Below, in pieces: positions 1-9,600 of a DNA stretch of 64,000 nt. Made by a program: the position numbers and the translations under genes. Each line of letters opens with the position of its first letter. The stretch's first letter is position 1. The stretch comes from Octopus sinensis (Eukaryota), in assembly GCF_006345805.1 (NCBI RefSeq), contig NC_043002.1:25544001-25608000 (forward strand), given 5' to 3'. The notes beneath the pieces were generated by a model that was not told the origin of the DNA, did no database searches, and saw nothing but the letters and a program-made list of their open reading frames with translations.

Positions 1-17
1 AGCCCTTTGTATATATA

Positions 18-68
<51 letters not shown>

Positions 69-104
69 TATATATATGTGTGTGTGTGTATATGTTTGTG
101 TGTT

Positions 105-298
105 TGTGTTTGTACCCCTAGCATTGCTTGACGACCGATGCAGGTGTGTTTACATCCCTGTAACTTAGTGGTTCAGCAAAAGAGACCGATAGAATAAGTA
201 CTAGGCTTACAAAGAATAAGTCCTGGGGTCGATTTGCTCGACTAAAGGTGGTACTCCAGCATGGCCGCAGTCAAATGACTGAAACAAGTAAAAGAGTA
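105..298 (+). mobile_element. SINE family A, 3' half
   Basis: Motif ...gagaccgatagaataagtactaggcttacaaagaataagtcctggggtcgat...gactgaaacaagtaaaaga recurs at 18925, 27210, 42205, 43705 and 51555; follows a TA/TG microsatellite. Confidence 0.85.
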
Positions 299-430
299 AA
301 ACAGATGCTCTCTTAAGTGTTGCTATCCATAAAAGAAAATAAAAAAAAAATTAACAAACAGTAATCAATTAAAACAAATTCCAGGTAAACAATTCATTTA
401 TTTAATGTGATTTACAGCATAAAATATTAC

Positions 431-537
431 CTTCCCCACAGTAATCGAGTATTTACAGCAGTGCTTTGGATGGCACAATAGGCATTTAAGGACTGATTGG
501 ATTTTCCGAGTGGGTACATAATATCAGAGTTTTGGAT
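431..537 (-). CDS. Candidate exon of an unidentified gene
   Basis: ctgttttgcag|ATC...GGAAG|gtaat; single open frame IQNSDIMYPLGKSNQSLNAYCAIQSTAVNTRLLWG; no homolog recognised. Confidence 0.35.
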
Positions 538-1519
538 CTGCAAAACAGCTATGGCAGCACTATTTCTCTCATTCTCTCTCTCTCACTTGCTCTCTTTCAC
601 TCAATAATTATTTATTTGGTTATGTAATATTATTACTGTGGTAACAATAACAAACTAGAGTTTCTTCTGGAAATCTTGACAAATAAGACAGAATTCACAT
701 GCCAAAAACCAAAATGAACTACAAACATTGTGAGTTGTACCAAATTTTTTTTGTTTTGGAATGTTACTGTAAACAACCATTACAATATACTCTTCAAGCT
801 TTTTAACAATATTTAATAAAGTAAACACAGTTTTTATATGCACAATTAGAAATAAAACAAAAAACATTGTCTATTTCTTTGTTTATATATATATACACAC
901 ACACACACCGTTTGCATGTATACAGATGTATATATATATGTATATGTGTATATCTGTGTACACATATATATATGTATATATAAGTGTACATATATATATA
1001 TGTGTGTGTGTATATATATATATCTAGCTATATATTCATTTATATGTATAAGTATATATTATTTATATATGTTATATGTGTGTATGTATATATATATATA
1101 TATATATTCTTGATATATATTTACATACATATACTCATACATTCACATTTCAATGTATATAATGAGTTTTTAACAAGAATTACAAGAAAAAAAATAATAA
1201 ATGCAACGAACCAGTCACTGTATTTGTGATGTAACGTCAACCAAACAGAACATTCTAGATTTCAATTTGGCAATAGACATTTATTTATTTATTTTTTAAA
1301 AATTTTACTTTTTTCCATAAAATTTTAAAATTTTACATTGTCAATATGATTCTAAAGCTGGTTTCCAATATCTAAGAAAGGCAAGTTAAAAGTTCATTAA
1401 TTTGCTTCCAGGTGTGTAATATGAGTGACATAATAGCTTACAGTTCAATTTTAGAGTGAGTCAGAAGAAATCCAGAGATTAATCTATATTAAATGTTGAA
1501 ATGGTAATCCTATACTCAC

Positions 1520-1611
1520 CTTCGTTGAAATATGTTGATTTCATTAACAAAGATGACCATTATGTTTCCAATGATTTCTATAGAATGGATCATAGATTCC
1601 GGAAAAATGAT
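1520..1611 (-). CDS. Candidate exon of an unidentified gene
   Basis: ccttag|ATC...CGAAG|gtgagt (strong donor); open frame IIFPESMIHSIEIIGNIMVIFVNEINIFQR; phase does not join directly to the 431-537 candidate. Confidence 0.3.
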
Positions 1612-1751
1612 CTAAGGCTTATTAAATGTGTAACAATTTGTCATTAATACTCAGCATCAGTAAAAAAAGATTTACAGGAATTTCTGATGAAATTACGCAA
1701 ACCATTACATAATCTGTGTGACGACAAACTGATTTTAGATACAGCAGATAC

Positions 1752-1866
1752 CTTTGATGTTTAAAAGTGAGCGATGTGGATAAGGATTTCTGTGAAAACC
1801 AGTTAGTGTCGAATATTAACCTAGTTAATATTACTGTTTGTGGTAGAGAGGGATACACATTAGTCA
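1752..1866 (-). CDS. Candidate exon of an unidentified gene
   Basis: Strong polypyrimidine acceptor ttttacttcctttcttgtag; frame TNVYPSLPQTVILTRLIFDTNWFSQKSLSTSLTFKHQ; possible donor AG|gtatct. Confidence 0.3.
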
Positions 1867-1913
1867 CTACAAGAAAGGAAGTAAAACAGAAACAGTTGTA
1901 CTGTGTGTGTGTG

Positions 1914-1952
<39 letters not shown>

Positions 1953-3553
1953 CGATTTCACTTAGGTATAGTGATACTAAGAACCAGTAGTTAGAACCCA
2001 ATATACTTATGCTTAAGAGTAAAGCTTCAGGAGAGTACAAAGCGTAACAATAAGTGAAGGACAAAAGAAGTTATGTAATCACCTCCAATGAAGGTGATTA
2101 CATGACTCCTGTTCAAATATGTATATAGGAATTACTCTTAACAGTTTCATACATTTTGTCATGGTAGACACAGAACTTTTAATTTGAAACAAACTACTCA
2201 GTGATTGCAATCCACTGTCTTTCTTTATATATATATAATATATATATATATATCTATATACACGCACACTGACTGACTACAATTTCACTGTGGAACACAC
2301 CAAATGATTTTATTTTTTCAACACTTATGTGTTGGTAGTGGGATAGTATAACTGAATGAAAGATATATATGTATATATATATATATATACACTCACACAC
2401 ACACGCACACATACATACATGTATGTGTCTGTACGTATATAAGTTGCATGGTAAATTACGTATATTACCAGCAGTTGAACATTACAATATAGTTTCACAA
2501 ATGTTCAACTTAACTAAATGATGTTATGAATGCAGGACAGTTTCCATTGAGATACTACCTGGTCCGTCATTATTAACAAAGTTAATCAACAACTCTATTA
2601 ATTTCAATGTCTGGTTTGTCATCTTAACATTAAATCCACTTTAAAAAAAAAACGATTACAAGCAACTGACATGTGGCAAAAGATTTGTAGTGGGAGAATA
2701 CATTTGATTGAATTGATCCCCCATGTATTTCTGGTAATTTGTTTTATTGACCTGGAGGAGAGAAGGCTATGTAAAACCTCAGCAGGATTTTGAGCTTAGA
2801 GAGAAATGAGATTAAATGCATTAAGGCCTTTAATCTATCACTCTCCTATTTTCTGCCACTTGATAATTTTCAGATTCATCTAAAAAAAACAGAAATTATA
2901 AACGTGCCACTTGATTACATTGTGGACAAGTTAATATAGATCAATGTTAATAATAAAATAATTTACTAGGTTTTTTTGAAGCCAGGAAGATGTAGGCTGA
3001 ATTTTGAAAACCAGACAGATACCAGATAGAAGTATCATAATTCCATATATGATCAATAACCACAGGTTGTGACAAAAAAACCAAAACTAAATATTAGTTA
3101 CTGACAGTTACTTCAGCCAAATTCAAGAATTGCTGTCACAGCGACTCCTTATATGTGTGTATACATATAACACACACACATATATACATACATACATATA
3201 TGTGTGTGTGTGTGTGCTGTGTATATATATATACACTTATACACATATATATATATGTATACATGTGTGTGTGTACATATATACATATCTATATATATTT
3301 ATATGTATATATTTGTATATATATGTGTGTGTGTGTATACACATGTATATACGTGTGTGTGTGTATACATATACACACACATACATAAATCAATATTTTA
3401 AAACCTACTTAAAATGTTAGATGTCATAGTTGGTTAAGAAAGTCCATTAATACTGGTTTCAAATGGGATGTCCAGACAATCTCCATTTTCAAAAACAAAT
3501 CTTTCCCTATCTTGCACAATCCCTGTGGCAGAACATCATCTTTAACAGACATT

Positions 3554-3655
3554 TCATTCCAATGAAGAGAGCATCAGAAGTTGTTTAAGAACCTTTGTCT
3601 GACTGGTCTCACGAATTTCTCCAGCAGTGAACATTTCATCAACAACACTGTAAAC
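3554..3655 (-). CDS. AP2S1: AP2S1 exon 4 (102 nt, aa 110-142 + TGA)
   Basis: ctatcttgtag|GTT TAC AGT ... TTG GAA TGA; encodes [33 protein letters not shown]. Confidence 0.96.
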   Translation of the reverse strand, partial: VYSVVDEMFTAGEIRETSQTKVLKQLLMLSSLE

Positions 3656-6600
3656 CTACAAGATAGATGGAAAAGAAAATTTATTAGTACAAAAAAAAGT
3701 TCACCTGACACTCTCTCTTCATTTTATATATACAGGTGCAGGCTTGGTGGCATGGTAAAAAGCTTGTTTCCCAACCACATGGTTCTTGGTTTAGTCCCAC
3801 AGTGTGGTACCTGGGGCAAGTGTCTTCTACTATGAACCTAGGCAAACCAAAGCTTTGTGAGTGAATTGGGTTGATTTGTTTGACAACACCCATCAAGGTA
3901 GTGCTTCAGTGTGTGAAGGTGCATAGCTTAGTGGCTAAGGTATTTGGCTAATGACCATAAGGTCGTAAGTTCAATACCTAGCAGTGCATTGTATCCTTGA
4001 TCTGGTGCTTAATTTCACATTGTTCCAGTACACTCAGCTGGCGAAAATGAGAAGTACCTGTATTTCAAAGGGCCACCATTGTATCACCCTGAATCCCCCT
4101 CAGAACGACATTAGGTACATGTGTCTGTGGAGAGCACAGCCACTTGAAACGTTAATTTCACAAGCAGGTTGTTCTGTTGATTGGATCAACTGGAACCCTC
4201 TTCATTTTAATTGACAAAGTGTCAGTGCTTCGACATGGCTGTAGTTTAGTGTCTGAAACAAGTAAAAGACTAAAAGAAAGAATTCATTTTTCCAATTAAT
4301 GAAGATAAGTTTTCTAATTTTAAATTCTTTGCATCAAGAATGAATGCAATTCTTCAAGTCCTGTGCAGGCAACACATTTGAGAGAATGGTTGCTTTCAAA
4401 ATAAACAACCTGTCAACAAATAGATTGGATCTGTGTTATTTATAGTCATATGGGTAGGATGATGAATACTTATATTAACAGATAATATAAGTATTTATCA
4501 TACTACAATGACTGATAGCAAGAAAGCCATTTTCATTAGGTTTTTTTCCCCATGTTAGCATGGGTTAGATGAGTATATTATTGTGACATTGTTTTATAGC
4601 TTGATGCTCTTCCTATTGCTAACTCTTGCCTGTTTTTCTAATAAAGAATTATCTTATTACACCCATCTTTGAAGGTACAAAAGTCATAAAAAGAAAAAAA
4701 AAAAAGACCTATTTCAAGGAGAATAAATCTATGATGATGTCTAGATAATAAACTTGCTGCTAACAGATATACAACAAAGCAATGCAATAAATCTATATAT
4801 ATATATCAAAACAATTTATAAAGAAAAATCAATAATATTGATAATAATACTGATTTTTTAAAAGACTTTAGCATAAGGCCACAATTGACATTTTTTTTCA
4901 GGAGGATAAGTATTAAAGTCGATTAAACGATACCCAACTAATATGCTGAGTGATGGTCTCAGATTGAACAGCTTGTCTAATGAAAATCTGAGATGACTAT
5001 AGAGTATTAAATCAATGAATTTCTTCTATTTAATAGTTAATATATTAACTTAATGTGTACACTCACAGTTAGTTAAGTAACTGTGATGACTAGTGGCATT
5101 ATGGATTGTCTGTTTGTTCATCTACTTCGTATTATATAGTGATTGATATTGAAAAAAAAAAAAAAACTTAAGGCAAAAAATACAGGAAACTGATCCCCCA
5201 CTCTCTCATTAATCAAACCAGTGCTTGAGGAGACCTATTGAGTCAAGTACATGAACGTCGAAATAAATGTCAATGGAAATAGTAGTTGTGATACCTGTGC
5301 CAGTGGCACATAAAAAGCACCATCCGAATGTGGCCGATGCCAGTGCCGCTTTGACTGGCTTCCGTGCCGGTGGCACGTTAAAAGCACCAACAGATCGGGG
5401 CTGCTGCCAGACTCCCCCTGGCACCTGTGCCGGATGGCATGTAAAAAGCACCGACTACACTCGCGGAGTGGTTGGCGTTAGGAAGGGCATCCAGCTGTAG
5501 AAACACTGCCAGATCAGACTGGAGCCTGGTGCAGCCTCCTGGCTTCCCAGACCCCGGTCGAACTGTCCAACCCGTGCTAGCGCGGAAAACGGACGTTGTA
5601 TGATGATGATGATGAATACAGAGTAGTATGAGTTACTCCATATAAGACAAATCTTGCAATGAAGTGGCAATATATAAACCAGCCATCACCACTAGTTGAC
5701 AACTGTAGGGTACCTGGTTGGCTGACTAAATGAAAATAGCATAGTATGACAGGCTGCAATGGGTAAAAGAGTAAAAACAGTTGTCTTTGCTGTGTCACTC
5801 CAGGTCAGACCTAGCTGAGCAAACCTATGACATGTAGTTGTCTGAACAACAAGATGTGATCCACAGTGTAGGGTATGCTATGCCTACATCTAGTTGAGGA
5901 CCATACTTCATATTCTAACATGCAGTAGTTAATTGTAGAACAGTCTAGATATATTCTCTCTCTATTGTCCAGTCTGTCAATTTTACTGATGGCCTCCTTA
6001 GAAGAATGCCTGGTGAAGTCAGTTTGAAAGCAAGTGATGATATAGACCTCTTTGGAGTCAACAAGGAACCCTCTAGATTAGTAGTTCTCAAAACAGCTTA
6101 TACTGCCCCTCCCTAGAAGGACATTAAGAGCCATGAGGGGAGCAGTGAGTAATACATTAATTTTAAGTTTAATGACAGCCATTACTTGTATTATATAAGG
6201 GTTAAAAACTTGGGGAAGTATTCAAGTGTTTGGGCCATTTGGTGAAAATGGGTAGGAAACACTGCTCTATATGACCAATCTACATGCTAGAAGTAGCAAC
6301 CAAATAATCCTCAAACTTCAACCTTGTGCTTTGTAAATGGATGAATATGCTGGATCATCATCATCATTTAGCGTCCGCTTTCCATGCTAGCATGGGTTGG
6401 ATGGTTCAACTGGGATCTGGGAAGCCAGAAGGCTGCACCAGGCCCAGTCTGATCTGGCAATGTTTCTACGGCTGGATGCCCTACCTAATGCCAACCACTC
6501 CGTGAGTGCTTTTTACATGCCACCGGCACAGGTGCCAGGCGAGGCTGGCAACGGCCACGATTGGATGGTGCCTTTTACGTGCCACTGGCACAGAGGCCAG

Positions 6601-9600
6601 TCGGGGTGGCGCTGGCCACGGTCGGATGGTGCTTTTTACATGCCACTGGCACGGGGGCCAGGCGAGGCTTCAGAAAAATCATTAACTGCTCCTGAAACTT
6701 TTCAACAGTGATTATTTTCCTCCAATGTAAACATTGGCCACCAATCTTAATGAGAGAAACAACCCCCACCCAAAAAAACAACAAAAAAAATAGAATTAAT
6801 GAAAATGAAACTTTACCTTGTAAAAATTGAACACAAGATCCAGTTCACAAACATTGTGGAAGTATTCATTCAAAACTTCTACAAAGTTATGGATCGCCTC
6901 TAGGTATACGAGATTGTTGTCGCTCACATCAACACATATACAAAAGTACAAGCCTGCGTAGCGGCGGTACACAATTTTGAAGTTTCGAAACTAAGAAATG
7001 AAGAGAGAAGAAAAAAAATTTAGTCAAGAGTTGTTTTATTTAAAAGCAATAATAGAAAGTTAATTTAGTTGTGAAACAATGACAGAAGGCTACTTTATAA
7101 GAGAATATCATAATCACTATAATGTAACTTGTATGATGTTGTATATTCATCAATTACAGGTATATTCTAATTGAACCTTTGATATAAAATGAGGCTAAAA
7201 TTAATTATGTAATGAATAAATAAAATGTATGTTGGGTGTTTTGGTTCAAGGAATAAACTATTTTGTACAAAATGTTATTTAATACAATTTTGGTAACATT
7301 TTTAAAGATTTAAAAAATTTAGAAAATGTAAAGACAAACTTGTAATTAACATCTAAAATTCATTAAGAAAAAAAGTTAATAATTTAGTTGACCAGTGAAA
7401 TTTTGTAATGTTGGATATAAACATCGAGAGAGGAGAAAATATGGGAGTGGTGGTTGTGACATTCATGTCTCTCCTGAAGAAATTATTGTTTTTGAGGCAA
7501 TCCCAAGGAAAGAAAACAGTGCAAGAAACAGAAAGAATTTGTATTAGGATAAGGAAAATAATTTAAAAGGAAGCAAAGTTCTCTTTATAAACGATCTTAA
7601 ATATGTAAGATCAGATTCACTAGATTGTTAGCTGAAACCCTCAGAATATCATGTTGTTTCATGATACAAAACATTACTGGGTCTAGTTTAGAAAGCTAAG
7701 AATTGCTATTAAACACTGGATGGCTCTGACTGGTTTCAATGATTTAAGGAAATCCTTATCCAAGTAAAGTGTAAAGTGGTTGAATATTCCAAAGACAGTA
7801 GTATTTTTAATGTAATCTTGAAGCAGAGTAAGTGTGATACTATATATGACAAGGTACATTTCATTTGACAGATTTCCACACATTTTCTACCTAATTTCAT
7901 TTACACAAGGCTATGAGAGAAGATGCCTACTCCAGGACTGCCAAGTGGAGAATTGAATCTAGAATCTCCTTATTGAGAGCTGAATTTCTTTACCATTCAG
8001 CCTCTGTTGTGTAGTATACGCTACAAAAAAATATTTTCTAATACTTCGGAGTAGCACTTCAAAATGACCATTGCCTAAAGTCTAATTGATAATAGGTAAG
8101 ACAAAATATTTCAAAAGTAAGGGAGGTAACTGTGTTATGTCATAAATATGGGTAATTTTTTACCTATCACATTCGACTTACATTTATGACATAACACAGT
8201 TACCTCCCTTATTGAGCGGTTAAGAGAAGTAGGGAGAGGTGAAAGCTTAAGATAAAGACCAGGTCACTAAGGATCAGATTTCAGCCCGTGATCATCATCT
8301 AGAATATTTTCACCCTTACTCCATCTACATTTCTCACACTCTCCATACACCCTTGCTACTGACATTTTGTCACCACCATCTTTATCTCTTTCCAGCCTCT
8401 TTACTCCCACCCATTCTTGTACAATGTGATCAGCCTTGTATCTCCTCTACAGCAAAAAACCTATTTTAGCCCCTTTCTTCATAATCTATCTAACCTTTCA
8501 TCACCTAACATAAAGCTGCCTCCTCTCTACTGTAGCCCCACTCAGTAGATGGGGATCTTAACCTTGCAAGCTATATGGCAACCTCACTAGTGCAGGTACC
8601 ACGAAAAAAAAGACCCAGTACACCCTGTAAATTGATTGGTATTAGGAAATAGTGTCCAACTGTAGAAAACGTGCCAAGACAAACATTGGATCATGGCACA
8701 TACCTCTGGCTCACTGGATCCTGTCAAATCATCTGACACATGATAGCATGGAAGATGAAGGTTGAAAATGAGGATGATGATGATAAATGTGTCTTTTCTA
8801 AATGAGTTTTCCTAGTGATCAATGGAGATATATTAATATCAGATGGTAGATCAGTACTTTTCTGTGGGAAATTTTAAAGGTGTAGGTAGAAACTCTATAA
8901 GATGTACCCAGTGTAAGCTATGGACACATAAGAGGTGCAGCAATGTCAAAGGTAGGCTAACTGGGAAGATAGTTTTTGTATGTGGCAGATGCTCGGGAGC
9001 ATTAACCTCCGAAAATCTGCAGAAAACAACTTCCGTCACTTTCCAGGGGGAAAAACTAGAAGTAGTTGATAGCTTCCGTTATCTAGGTGACCAAGTCAGT
9101 AGTGGGGGTGGGTGCGCTGAAAGTGTAACTGCTAGAATAAGAATAGCCTGGGCAAAGTTTAGGGAGCTCTTACCTCTGCTGGTGACTAAAGGCCTCTCGC
9201 TCAGAGTAAAAGGCAGACTGTATGATGCGTGTGTACGAACAGCCATGCTACATGGCAGCGAAACATGGGCCGTGACTGCTGAGGACATGCGTAAGCTCGT
9301 GAGGAATGAAGCCAGTATGCTCCGATGGATGTGTAATGTCAGTGTACATACTCGACAGAGCGTTAGCACCTTGAGAGAAATGTTGTACCTAAGAAGCATC
9401 AGTTGTGGTGTGCAAGAGAGACGATTGCGCTGGTATGGTCATGTGGCGAGAATGGATGAAGATAGGTGTGTGAGAAAGTGCCAATCCCTAGCAGTTGAGG
9501 GAACCCGTGGAAGAGGTAGACCCAGGAAAACCTGGGACGAGGTGGTGAAGCACGACCTTCGAACTTTAGGCCTCACTGAGGAAATGACCAGAGACCGAGA

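Noticed and set aside
803-1229. ORFs rich in YI/CV/HT/MYVC repeats here and throughout (3130, 30330, 32705, 35101, 38104, 44081, 47121, 48594, 59733, 61628 and others)
   Set aside because: They are translations of (TA)n, (CA)n, (TATG)n and (TATC)n microsatellites, not genes.
2073-2103. 12-bp perfect hairpin atgtaatcacct/aggtgattacat, and an 11-bp hairpin at 2473-2510
   Set aside because: Stems of this length with short loops are near chance expectation in 64 kb of AT-rich DNA; no other support.
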